64,000 nt of DNA, from contig NC_068984.1 of NCBI RefSeq assembly GCF_001194135.2, positions 35,158,621 through 35,222,620 of the forward strand. Reading direction: 5' to 3'. Source of the DNA: Octopus bimaculoides. Lineage: Eukaryota. Shown piece after piece: positions 41,750 to 54,550 of this stretch (the first letter of the stretch is position 1; each line of letters begins with the position of its first letter). The notes below the pieces were generated by a model. It made no database searches and was not told where the DNA came from. It saw nothing but the letters and a program-made list of their open reading frames with translations. Position numbers and translations under genes: made by a program.

Positions 41750-43441
41750 ATAATGCTAGGCCAACTATTAACAAATAAAAAAAAATGTCTGCAGTTGAAC
41801 ACCTACAAAACAATAACATAATAATCATTAAGCATGAAGATAAAGGAGGAGCAATTGTTATAATGAATGCAGAATACTACAAGGAATTCGTTTAGGACCA
41901 ATCGAAGGACACAACATTCTACTGTAAAATACATTCAAATATAGACAACTATATCATGAAGAATGTTAATAATCAGGTTTTAATTTATTACAGCTCCCTT
42001 ACTACTAATTAAAGAGACTACATCACTAATTTTCAATCGAAATTCAGCAACACGCAGTAAAGGAACAAGAAGATGACTACTTAAAACTACTACACCCGAA
42101 AGATCTAAGATTTAGACCTATCATACCTGGTGCAGCACGCCCAACACACAGTCTAAGCAATTTCAGTCACATTATTTGGAAGCCATTATGTATCTACATA
42201 CCTAGTTGCATCCTGGATGACATTGACTTTCTGTCTCACCTTCCCAAAACAACGGAATCGAATTCACATTTAATTAGTCTTGATATAGTGATTCCCAGTA
42301 GATTCACCGTGCTATTTAAATAAGATATAAGTTAAACTTATCCTTCAACATAACACATTCTTTTTCAATATAACGAATTACATTCAAAGTAGAGGTACAA
42401 CGAGAGAAACGAGATTTTCTCCCGTTTATGCAAGTTCCGTAATGCGATACTTAGAAAATAAATTCTAATCTGGACAAAATTTCTAAACACCCAGGCAGAA
42501 TGTAATATTTTGCAGAACAATCTGCACCCGACTCTCTAATTTACGAAGGAGATGAGTAGTACCAAGTTACCATTTCTAGATATAATGGTAATGAAAACTG
42601 ACACCACCATCACCAATAATTTATAGTATAAACACACAGACAGAACGCAATACAAAACACATACAAAACGCAATATCCCATACTGACTAGCCAGAAAAGT
42701 TTGTACTATTACTATTGTAGAAGATGTGAATATCAGAGACAAACGCCTAACAGCGCTCAAAGAATTTCTACTCAAATAAATATACCCATCTCTACTTCTA
42801 GAAAATGGTATACAGCGTGCTATAGAAATAAAATACCCACACAGCAATTTAGGGCAACGAAGAAAAAAGAGGTAACCATGAACAGATGATACCACTTATA
42901 GTGGCACACAATCCGTTTTACCAAAATATCTTATGCGTTGCCAAACCACACCTGCTAATCATTGCTCAATGTAATGAATTAAAGGATATAATGACGGATC
43001 GGGTTATGACTCTAATTAAAAGACAGCCGATGAACTTGAAACAATTATTAACAATGGGAAAGGTTGGCCTAAGCAACAAGGATGAATCATTTATTGAATC
43101 CAAATGTAAAGATAATCGATGTGGTACATATCAGTTCATACATACCAGTCAATATATGAGCACAAAAGCCGGAATAATATTTATAAATGGAAATATGAAC
43201 TGCAAAAGCAGATGCCCGAATTGTGAAGAGATATACGTTGGTCAGACTTGGAATGCACTATCGGCACGTTCCCGTGTGCTTTGATGTCCGTCAGATACCT
43301 TTAAATGACCATCTGACAACATGAGGTCAGAAATAATTTATAATATTCCTATTCTACAAACTACTTAACTGAGGTAAATTTGTGACAAAAGTCAGAGAAA
43401 AGAATTTTATTGATAAATTCAAACCAGGTTTAAATGGCTAG
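41750..43441 (+). mobile_element. Penelope-like element remnant: RT plus GIY-YIG
   Basis: IIIKHEDKGGAIVIMN; LRFRPIIPG..RPTHSLSNF..IIWKPL..IPS.ILDDIDFL; LISLDI; NTFFFN...YIQSRGT...SPVYA; LHPTL*FTKEMSSTKLPFLDI; YKHTDRTQY; CKDNRC...CPNCEEIYVGQTWNALSAR; FIDKFKPGLNG*. Multiple stops, frameshifts and deletions. Confidence 0.92.
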
Positions 43442-43861
43442 ATATAGTAACGGTGATAATTAGAATGATGATGGTGATAATGAGAAGTACTACTGCTATT
43501 ACTACAGTGACCACCACCAACACTAGCAACAGTAATAATAAAGGTAACATTGAATATGTTAGTAGTGTTCACCATATGAACATTGACTAGATTGAAATGT
43601 AAAAATTTTTGGAATAGTAACAAAAGATTTCAATGAAAACAAGAATGTTGTTATACCATTCCAAAATATGGCCAAACAGTTATTCCTTTAGATGCGGTCA
43701 AAGAAGAAAATTTTAGATGTGCTCACCAAAACGTGACGTCTAAGCAACATACTAATTAGTGAAAAAACGGCTAGAACTTGACGCGCACACCAAAAAGTGA
43801 GATCTAAGCAACATAATGCTTGGTGAGAATGCTTCGTAAGATTCAGCAGATTGAATCTTAC

Positions 43862-43916
43862 GAAGATATTCAAAGGATCGGAAGATATTCAAAGGATCGG
43901 AAGATATTCAAAGGAT
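43862..43916. repeat. 19-bp tandem repeat x3 (gaagatattcaaaggatcg)
   Basis: Two perfect units plus a 17-nt third unit. Confidence 0.95.
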
Positions 43917-44120
43917 AAATGTAACAATTTCACGACAGTTGTCAATCGTGGAGCATGACTGTCACTGCATAAACCTGGTTTATTTCACTAATGTAACAGT
44001 GTAAAAATTGCAAAAAATAAAACATAAAAACCAGATTCTATATTTATGAGATGAGGAATTATGTACATTATTTACGTTATTTACATTTGACGGATATTTG
44101 TCCTCATATTGTTTCTTGTT

Positions 44121-44166
44121 AACACAACGTTTCGGCTGATTTACCCTCCAGCCTTCATCGGGTGTC
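44121..44166 (-). ncRNA. Minimal type-I hammerhead ribozyme fold (U4C variant)
   Basis: Minus strand GACAC-CCGAUGA-A-GGCUG-gagggUaaau-CAGCC-GAAAC-GUU-GUGUU: 5-bp stem I, 5-bp stem II, palindromic ACGU stem III. Confidence 0.75.
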
Positions 44167-44214
44167 TTGAGGAAATTTCGAACCTGGGTTCTCATTCCTA
44201 AGTTATATTTCGAT

Positions 44215-44368
44215 GTTATTGTTGGTGTTGTTGTTATTATTAATATTATTATCATCATTATTATTATTATTTTGTCTTTCTTCTTCTTTTGTGTTGTTGT
44301 TGTTGTTGTTGTTATTATTATTATTATTATTATTATTTTGTTTTTTTTCTTTTGTTGTTGTTGTTGTT

Positions 44369-44422
<54 letters not shown>

Positions 44423-44428
44423 TTTATT
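44215..44428. repeat. Compound (TTA)n/(TTG)n microsatellite
   Basis: Directly visible. Confidence 0.95.
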
Positions 44429-44593
44429 CAAATTACGATGAACGTAAACAAACAAACGAAGTTTCTTTTTGGAAGCGTTGAGATGTCTTAGAAAGTTAAA
44501 GAAGTGATTTTAAATTCTCAAACGCAGGATAATGCTAATAATATAGCCTGAACAACATAAGATACCCCTATTTTGCAGAAAAGTGTAGGCGGC

Positions 44594-44668
44594 CAGGTCA
44601 CTGCCTGAAATTGAACTCGGAATTTTGGGGTTATTAGCCCACGCTCCTAACAACTACGCCATATGCCC
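44594..44668 (-). mobile_element. tRNA-like SINE head (Pol III A/B boxes)
   Basis: Minus strand gggcataTGGCGTAGTTGttaggagcgtgggctaataaccccaaaattccGAGTTCAATTTCaggcagtgacctgg. A-box- and B-box-like motifs at tRNA spacing; no complete acceptor stem. Confidence 0.7.
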
Positions 44669-44676
44669 GTGGGTAT

Positions 44677-45012
44677 ATGACATTCCAAAGGCTGCAGCAG
44701 TCTGAATGGGAAACGATGCCCCACGTACCATATCCGCCGGACATTGACCCTTCCAATTATGATTTATTCTGCATTCTTCAAAATCATTTCGTCGGAAAAA
44801 TTATGAATTCTGTAGACGAGATCAAAACGAAATTGAAGCGGTATTTTTCGTCACGGACAAGTGAATTTTGGAAGAGGGTCCTTGCAGGTCTACCATATAG
44901 ATGGAAGAGCATTGTTGAAAATGAAAGACAGTATATTTTAGATTGAAAAAAACTTTGTTTCTCTTAATTTTGAAAAATAAAAAAAGTACAAACTATATAT
45001 TTTGTCTTCGTA
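44677..45012 (+). mobile_element. Mariner transposase C-terminal fragment and probable right end
   Basis: ORF 44677-44946 WETMPHVPYPPDIDPSNYDLF...LQNHF...LPYRWKSIVENERQYILD matches the mariner YSPDLAPSDYHLF...LPERWxxxxxNxGxYI motif. Confidence 0.9.
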
Positions 45013-46138
45013 TGTACGTTTATATTCTCTTGATTTATAACAAAATATATCCGTATTATTTCAGTAGGTTCTTCTCCTCGTTTTCAAGTTTGAAAATATA
45101 TAGAAACATTAAACCTTTACACCATAAAATTGATAGATCAATCAATGCGGAAGTTGCGTACATTGCGTAATGCACTCCACTATAGTACGGAATATTCTTT
45201 CTCATTTGTGAAAAAAATTGTGAAGTTAAAATGTTAATAGTTACTCGTAATCGGCTTAATTGATTAGACATAAAACATTTGTTGACAATGAAAAACCTTT
45301 ATTGCTTGTTAAATGTATAATCTTTATGGAGGGAAAACAAAAAATTCCTGCTTCAATCGCTTTAGGTTTCAAAAGTTCAAGTATCTATTTTATTCTAAAA
45401 GTCTATAGTGGTTGTATCTAGAAAACGAAAATAATTTTGCTTGAAAATCCAAATGCTTCAGTTCGCAAATGAACAGGTCTCCAAAAGTTTGAAGCAATAA
45501 TGGAAACACACAAGTATTTAGACTATCCATATTAAATATTATTCAATACAATGTAGGGCAAAAGTTGAAATGAGAATTTTCAAATTCAGCCGAAAATAAC
45601 ATGTAGCTGTTTCGAAACAAGATCGACAATTTGCAAAGTTAAAAATCATAGTTTTAAACAACATAATTTTCATGTAATGAACCGAGACATGGACCGATCA
45701 GCATCGAGACGTCACGTGATGCAACTTTCCGGAATCACCTAGAACGTTCCTTTACAATGCTTATAACCAGGCGTATTTTTGGAGTGTCAAAGACAACTAG
45801 GCATATTGGGCAGAGAGTGGCTGATTCATTTCACACATCTCACTACTTGCTTCGGTTTCTGGCTGGCCACAGCAAAGCTAACCCCATTCTCATTTTGCTT
45901 TTCCTTAGCAGTCGTTTTAATGACATTTTACTCAATCTTGTAGCACTATCGAATATTTTGCATTTACGAACTCAGCATGGTATGCTTTATTCCAGCTTGT
46001 TAGATTATTTACAGAGCGTTTTTAATCAACAATTTCTAAGAGCTATATAATTGTCTTTTCCAGTGTGTAAGCTTTGTTCTCGCAGTTTCAAGTCACGACC
46101 AACATGTAAAATATTTGTGCAGGGATATAAGATTCTGT

Positions 46139-46317
46139 TACAGTAATCCCTCGCCATATCGCAGTTCATCTAAAACGGTTCATCTATCACAGTTTATAAT
46201 TTAAGCTTACTCGATTCCTTCGTGGTGTTATTTTGCATTTATAATCTACTTCGCGGATTTTCACCTACCGCGCTGTGTTTTAGAACGTAACAACCATGAT
46301 AGTCGAGTAATTGTTTA
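46139..46317. mobile_element. Tigger/pogo-like MITE
   Basis: TA + cagtaatccctcgccatatcgc left terminus. Internal acttcgcggattttcacctaccgcg and a decayed inverted right end (gatagtcgagtaattg) resemble Tigger-type ends. Confidence 0.6.
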
Positions 46318-47518
46318 CGAATGTAATTGTTTAGAAGTGCTGCTCATTCATTACACACAGAGAGGACTCCACTCAGCCAAGAACATTTCATAACTTGTTC
46401 CCTATGACCATATGACAACTGTTAACTACACCTAGTGACAAACAACTCTAAATACAAAAACTAATCTTAACTGCATTATTTTTATTTTTCAAGGATTTTG
46501 ATTGGCTGATATTAATGGAAGGTTGTTCCTTCCTTGTTTACAATTAATTTAGAATTTAAATATTTGTTAAGAAATTAATTGTCTTCAAGTGACAAGGACG
46601 ATCTCAGTTAACTAATGTATTAAATACATGTATTATAAATGCAGGTCTCTAAATTATGTGCATTGAAGATGTAAAACCTTTTAGTATTATTATTTTCCGT
46701 TGGCTGATATTTCTCACAGCTGGATCTTGCCTAACATAGTTCAACAACATCGAAATAAAGTAACTGTTGTATTTTGTTGAGAGATTATTATAAATATTGA
46801 AATTACAATAAGATTGCTACTATGCTAATATACCGTGAGATATATTCATTCATTAATATATATATATATATATATATATTGGGTTTATATACATAGGGTT
46901 TCATTTTTACGAATATCTCTTCAATTACAACTGGTATAGCTTTCAAATAAAATCTCATCGGTTGAGTAAGACGGCGAAAAAATAGATTTAAACTCTTTAT
47001 AAACATTGAAAACAGTGCCCTAAAAAACAGATGGAATCTTATATAGGAAAGCGTATCCACTTATACACCACAATTTATCTCTTGACATACTATTATGAAA
47101 TGGCAATAAAATATTGTCTTAAGATTTTGTATCCTTTTCTATATTATAAAAGTATGTATTCCACATCATATCATTGGTGTTTTCCTACGATATACGAATC
47201 AATTGGATATATACAGAAACTTTGTAAAAGCTAGTAGTATTTGAATAAAATGCTGCAGAACACAAAAGATAGTGAATAGTCTGTAACAACATCTTGTAAC
47301 TGTTTATCATCAGGAGGTTGGATACAAGTGTTAGTATATACAAAAGTTATTTTTTGTCTTGCGATAAGACTTATATTCGTGTCTGGTTTATTTTACATAT
47401 TAGTAAAAAATGTTGTCGACAGACAGCAAATAGCTTGTAAGATAGAACCACCATCGCCTAATCGTGTTTCTAATACAGAAACATTTGCTTTCATGATGAG
47501 TGTTATTTATGGTTTCAA

Positions 47519-47749
47519 AAGCGGCGAGCTGGCGAGATCTTTAGCAAGCCGAACGAAATGCTTAGCGGTATTTCGTCTGTCGCTACGTTCTGAGTTCAAA
47601 TCCCACCGAGGTCGACATTGCCTTTCATTCTTTCGGGGTCAATAAATTAAGTACCAGTTAAGGACTGGGGTCAATGAAATCGACTCTCCCCCTCCCCGTA
47701 ATGTCAGGCCTTGTGCCTATAGTAGAAGGGATTTCATTAAAAGGAAACC
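47519..47749 (+). mobile_element. tRNA-derived SINE, full-length, with probable 16-bp TSD
   Basis: gcggcgagctggc...ttagc...cgttctgagttcaaatccc...gtcgacattgcctttc...caggccttgtgcctatagtagaagggat. Direct repeat attta[t/g]ggtttcaaaa at 47505-47520 and 47750-47765. Confidence 0.92.
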
Positions 47750-50700
47750 ATTTAGGGTTTCAAAAGCCTATCAAGAATTTAGTTTCTTAAAATAAGAGTA
47801 GGTAATCTTGAGTAAATAAATCAGTCAAGGTTAAAACAGGTAGATGTTCAAGCTTAACAAATATGTTCGTGCTTCTAAAAGATGTTCATGCATAATAAAT
47901 AATTTCTTGTTTGATGGAAATATTTTACATATGTTACATGACATTATCCTGGGAAAATGTACAGTTCCTAGCAGTTCTGCTGTAATTTGGCTTTGCCTAT
48001 TTTTATAAATAATGTAGAATAAGTTTAAAGAAGTGACTGTCTATCTCTTCAATTGTGTCAAATACGAATGAGAGGTTACACGCATCCCTCACTCAAGAGA
48101 AGTAGTTTAAGGTGATAATAAGTACACAGGTAACCCGAAACATTATATCAAAATACTCCTTTTAATCCCACCCAGCTGTTATGCGCTGTGTTTATATCAT
48201 TACCTTGTACTTCTATGTGGTACCTACTGTACGGATATATCGACCATGTAAGGTCATATTTATAATGCAATGTAATTAGGTTAATTTACGTGTCGATATT
48301 ATAATTATGTCTATGCTATAATAAGCATATACATTTCTTAATATATTTGTAGTAAATATCTAACAGAAAGGTGATGATGTAAACAGTCATAATTATTTCA
48401 TAAAGCCATTTTGAAGCACTCGTATATAAGGGATGTAGTGTGGACTGTGGATATATTTCCCTATGTTAGAGACAATAAGAGATATGTCAATGAACAAATT
48501 GGAAACATTTACCAGTGTAGTTATTTCTATTATAAATATATGATCTACCCGAGCCGTCTGTGTTGATCTAATTGTGTATCCCTAATTCAAACCTGATCGT
48601 AGATATGTTTAGAAATGCTTGAGTATTTTGAGCGCATCATTTACTCTCTCTCTCACACACACGCATACGCACGTACGCACACGCGCACACACACAGACAC
48701 GCACGCGCGCGCATGCAATCTAACTCATGAAATCCTTTTTTTTTTTCTGTTTCCACTTCTCTAGGATAGAAAGAAATGTGATGCATACTCATCCGCAGTG
48801 TTTGGTAGTGTACCACTACTAGAGGCTGTCTCTTTGATTGATAAAAAGTCAAATTAATTTGAAGCGTGTACGCGTGTGTATTGTAAAAAAAACTCGAAAG
48901 TTTTCATACTTAATACATACACATTTCTAAACTATACTAAGAATTTAATAACAGGGTAATTCTGATGTGTATGTTTGGATACATTTTTCAAACAAAGAAT
49001 GGACGTTCAGTTACAAGAAACCGTGACACTGTCTGTGCCTTGCAGATATATTAATTCTATGCTACTTTTTCAATGAACTAAGCAATATTATACGCAATCA
49101 ATCTAGATGTAGCATTGAAATGTTGAATTAAATGTTCAGAATTGTAAGCTTAAATCTACTGCAGGTATTACGATTTGTTTCTAGTCATAATATTTTATTC
49201 TGCGAAGAACTATTTCATGTTCCTCTCAAGGAGGAGTATACCGGATTTAAGAGGTGATCTAATATGCTGGCTATTCTAGGAGAAAAAAATACCCTAAATC
49301 TATGTAATATAAATTAGAGCTGAGCGCCTGCATTTATATGTAAAATAAATAAAATGTCGAATTAAAATATGAAATACATGATGATGATTGCATCCTTTGT
49401 TTTCTCTGCATCTTTGACAACACTGATATTTTGAAAGTGACAGCTTAAAATGGTGGCGTTGCTTGTAAGTTAAACGGCGCATTTGATCTCGCCCGCAATG
49501 CGCATATCCTATCTAAGTGAACCACATAACTGCCATTAATTTTCCCTTTTGGGGATCTGCCTCTTCTTAGATCGCTCACTTATATTGTTGTTACATATCA
49601 GCATCCAAAATCATCTCTTAATTTTTTTCCTTCCCAATTGATTGGCAAGAAACTAGAGGGGAGCTCTTTTGCCACTCTGATTATCCTTATTCCTTAGAAC
49701 TATCGATTGTTAATACTCCTATTCCACTTCACTTAATATTATCCACAGTGCGTATCATTAAACGCGATAACTCCTCCTCAATCTTTCCCTTTACGTTACG
49801 TAAATGCTACAGATACCCACATTTGTTACAGTATATTTTTCTGCAGATGGATGTGCACTACATCGCAGCATAAACTCAAACCACGATAAAAATAGCTTAC
49901 ATTTTAAAGAAGTGAAACATTTATGAAGTGGGTTATGTACTGTATCATATTCTGACTGAACAGATCATCTAATCATATACACTAAATGTGCACAACTATA
50001 AGAGTACCACTCACGCAACATAATCGAATACCAGAATTGTTTTTAGCAACCTATTAAATCACATTCTATAAATTGATTGATAATTTAGAGTAAAAAATTC
50101 AGAAGCACTGTGCTGGAAATATTTATGAACGTAAATAAAGATTGTAAAATATTTTTTCGTGGACTGGACATTTTTAGTTACAAAATTGGCTATTAAGTAC
50201 GCATTGTAGCACTAATCAACATGTCATGAGATCTATAAGCTACAAGTTATACTTACGAAGAGCGAAATGAAGTACTACTAAAAAAGTATGTTCACAGCAA
50301 GGAAACATCTTCAGATACATTTACTTCTAATATAGATTATATGTAATAAGATTGTTATAGGGAGCGCAATTACACACAGAAGATATTGTTTCCGCGTCCA
50401 TTCGCCATTATGAAGTCAAAATGTCTTCTAATTATGGAATGAGATATATGATGAGAGGTTGCAAAACATTTGAATTTCTGCAGGTTGCATGTATAATAGT
50501 TTCGATAAGATAAACAAAGCAACACAAAATTTTGATACAACATATGAATGTGAGTTCTTTGTAAACTTGATTACAATGTAAATGATGCTACAAAGGGAAC
50601 GACTTTGTATATCCTAATTTGTAGTTTTATTATATACGAGCTGTGTAGTACTATATTTTAACAATACTGAATGTACTTTTATTCGAGACCTACGTATTTA

Positions 50701-51807
50701 TATTAGTGTTCTATGTGAATGTACATCAATTTATATACACGATATGCGTATACATATATATAACATATATATTTGTACACACACATACACACACATATAT
50801 ATATATATATGTATATATATATATTATATATATNNNNNNNNNNNNNNNNNNNNNNNNNNNNNNNNNNNNNNNNNNNNNNNNNNNNNNNNNNNNNNNNNNN
50901 NNNNNNNNNNNNNNNNNNNNNNNNNNNNNNNNNNNNNNNNNNNNNNNNNNNNNNNNNNNNNNNNNNNNNNNNNNNNNNNNNNNNNNNNNNNNNNNNNNNN
51001 NNNNNNNNNNNNNNNNNNNNNNNNNNNNNNNNNNNNNNNNNNNNNNNNNNNNNNNNNNNNNNNNNNNNNNNNNNNNNNNNNNNNNNNNNNNNNNNNNNNN
51101 NNNNNNNNNNNNNNNNNNNNNNNNNNNNNNNNNNNNNNNNNNNNNNNNNNNNNNNNNNNNNNNNNNNNNNNNNNNNNNNNNNNNNNNNNNNNNNNNNNNN
51201 NNNNNNNNNNNNNNNNNNNNNNNNNNNNNNNNNNNNNNNNNNNNNNNNNNNNNNNNNNNNNNNNNNNNNNNNNNNNNNNNNNNNNNNNNNNNNNNNNNNN
51301 NNNNNNNNNNNNNNNNNNNNNNNNNNNNNNNNNNNNNNNNNNNNNNNNNNNNNNNNNNNNNNNNNNNNNNNNNNNNNNNNNNNNNNNNNNNNNNNNNNNN
51401 NNNNNNNNNNNNNNNNNNNNNNNNNNNNNNNNNNNNNNNNNNNNNNNNNNNNNNNNNNNNNNNNNNNNNNNNNNNNNNNNNNNNNNNNNNNNNNNNNNNN
51501 NNNNNNNNNNNNNNNNNNNNNNNNNNNNNNNNNNNNNNNNNNNNNNNNNNNNNNNNNNNNNNNNNNNNNNNNNNNNNNNNNNNNNNNNNNNNNNNNNNNN
51601 NNNNNNNNNNNNNNNNNNNNNNNNNNNNNNNNNNNNNNNNNNNNNNNNNNNNNNNNNNNNNNNNNNNNNNNNNNATATGTATATATATATTATAATATAT
51701 GTATATATATATAATTGATATGAATAATATATATATATAATCTCGCATTTATATTATTATATTATATTATAACGCTCACATTTATATTATTTATTTTTAT
51801 ACATTTA

Positions 51808-52204
51808 TTTTATCTTTTCATGTTTATAGCTACGGCCGTACTGAATCTCCGCTTTGAGGAATTTTAGTCCAACTAATCGATCCTTCTACAGGCGCTTGTT
51901 CAATCAGACGCTTTTGCTGAACAGCTACGTTGACTAGAATACACCAACACCGTTTTTCATGGGGTTGTGAGGGACAAACACAAACACAAAAGCACATACA
52001 CAGAGGCACACATAGACACAAAGAAACACAGGCACACACACACTGACACACTCTCATGCACATACCATTAGCTTCTTTCAGTTTCCCTCTACTTTATTCA
52101 CTCATAAGGTTTTAGCTGGCCTGGGCTCTAATAGAATCATTGGCTAATGTGTCACTCGATGATACTGAAACTTGAACCACATGGTAGGGGTGCAGAGGTC
52201 TTAG
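51808..52204 (-). mobile_element. Second SINE family copy with internal (CA)-rich tract (diverged)
   Basis: Shares blocks with 57220-57372 (cttttgctgaac/cttttggcgaac, tagtc..aatcga). tRNA-like head near 52140-52200 on the minus strand. Resembles a recalled Octopus SINE. Confidence 0.65.
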
Positions 52205-52229
52205 AAGAAAAACACATCTGCCCGTACAC

Positions 52230-52264
<35 letters not shown>

Positions 52265-52265
52265 C

Positions 52266-52317
<52 letters not shown>

Positions 52318-53470
52318 GTCATTGTTCAGTTTTACTTCAAGATTTCTTGCCAATAGACAAGAAGCCCTGTTCTAACATAGATTCAAGGCTCCTTCACTGG
52401 AATTTCAACATCAACAACAGAGTATGTTTTGCTTGTATGTATGTATATATGTATGTATATGTGCAGATTTGTATGGTATGCTTTGTGCATGTGTTCCCAT
52501 GCATATAGCTGCATATCTAGACACATATTTAAATGACAGACATCTGGAAAGTTTAAACAGCTTTTACAATTCCACTGATGTATTTGATCTGTAGTCTTCG
52601 AATTAGCTTTCTCCTTCTGGTTTTGAGACGCTTATTTCTTAAGATTGGTATTTAGGCAGTGTGTTACATATCCCCGGGCCCCAGTACTTACAGGTATAAG
52701 TATGAACATTTAATCTGGAAAGAGTAACTGTAGATTTCTTAACAGTTCAAAGTAGGTATATTATGCATGCATGTATGTATGTGTAAATGTATGTGTATAT
52801 ACATACATGTATATATACATATATATATATGTGTGTGTACGTGTGTGTGTGTGTGTATACGCATATATTTATACATACATACATGAATATATACATACTA
52901 CATAGACACAGACAGTCACATTCATGCATATGTAAGTATATATGTTCATATCAATAGATACTAGTTGAAATTATACAATCCATAAAGAATATTTGATTTA
53001 GCTCCACAAACGTTCAAGAATGAGATGAAGTAGGGTGCTTAGAATTTAGGCGTCACAACTTTTTCGATTAAGTATATACCAAAGGTATTTCATTTGGAAT
53101 ATATTCTACAAAATTACATCATCAGTGATTTAGTATGTTGCTTTCAAATGACATAACAGAGCACTAACGTTATGTATACGTTTGATTATCAAATGCGAAT
53201 AGCAATCCATAACCGCGCAAAATATTACTATATATTCATGTTCAGAACCCTGGAAGATATTAACGTATTTCTCTTATAAACTCGGAAATATAGATTAATT
53301 ATTAACATATATTTCTAGTCACTATATTGCTCTAAATCTGTCTGACTGTCATTCGTTCGTTATGAATTCATATAAATATGTATACATATAAATGTGTGCC
53401 TTATATTTATATATATGTATGTATGTGTGTGTGTGTGTATGTATGTATATATATATATATAGATAGATAT

Positions 53471-53535
<65 letters not shown>

Positions 53536-54079
53536 GGTAGAAATAGAGCGAGAGTGAGAGAGAGAGAGAGAGATCAGTGTGTGTGTGTTTGTGTGCATGG
53601 GTTTGTGTGTATGCGTATGTTTATGGATGTATGTATCCATCCACTGTTTAGCTCTCTAGCTATTTATTTACCTACATGTATATATCTTGTTCTTTTTTTA
53701 GTCTTTGTTGCAACTCATATGTGTGAATCACGTCTCTACGCATCAATGCTACATCGATGGTTATGTTTTGAGATGGGATATGTAATATCCAAATATTTCT
53801 AGATTTTTTTTTGTTTGATATTCTGTCTGTTTCAACAAGAGCATCGTAGATTAACGGCAATAGAATATAGGATGTGTGTTGTAACATTTCATTTCCTATC
53901 TCCATAGCTATGGGTCCACAAAAGAAAAGATCCCCTTCTTTTCTTTTCTGGCAGATAAAGGTAAATAACTTATATCTTGTAAACAAAGAAGTCGATTATT
54001 ATACTCTCTTTATTTTTGCTGTTATTTCTTTACTCGAGGTGGTATCAAGGTTCACGGACAAATTTTAACATCATCTACT

Positions 54080-54550
54080 TAAAGAAAACCAACTAACAGT
54101 CTGGCACTATGTGTGAAATTCTCGATGCACAACACAGTATTTCCGGGGCTACGCTCGTAGAAGCTCTTCTAGATCGCTCATCGTCTCCTGAGTAGTTTCT
54201 TCCGCTTTTCAAGTGTCCGTATCACTTGATACATTTTGTACAATCCATTGCCTCGTCTCTCTAAGTTTGCTGAAGCATTCTCAAAGTCTTAGTAGCAGCA
54301 TTCTGAAGTTCGACGTAAATGTTCCTGATGGCGCTTTATTTCTGTCCATACAAAATCACAATCTACAATATACTTGATAACATAAACACAAATTTCATAA
54401 CTTTCAAATTAAACACTGCGATGTCACTCTGCACCCACCCTCTTGTAGGTCACTGCTAGCTATCACTGCACATGTAACCATGTGCTGCCATGTGCTGCCA
54501 TTTGCTGGTGCGCTACAGAACTAGCCCGGAACATTTGATGCCCCCTCGTA
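54080..54550 (-). mobile_element. Mariner element 5' end: TIR plus decayed N-terminal HTH region
   Basis: Minus strand TA-CGAGGGGGCATCAAATGTTCCGGGCTAG terminus; ATG at 54349. Frameshifted translation MDRNK...NAATKTLRMLQQT*RDEAM...KSGRNYSGDDERSRRASTS fits mariner TATET..MLQQAYGDEAMS...KSGR..LEDDERSGRPSTS. Confidence 0.85.

Noticed and set aside
44594-44668. A functional tRNA gene
   Set aside because: It lacks a paired acceptor stem and has degenerate boxes; better explained as a SINE head.
45700-45725. gacgtcacgtgatg CRE/E-box-like cluster as a promoter
   Set aside because: A short motif among TE-like sequence, with no supporting TSS or exon evidence.
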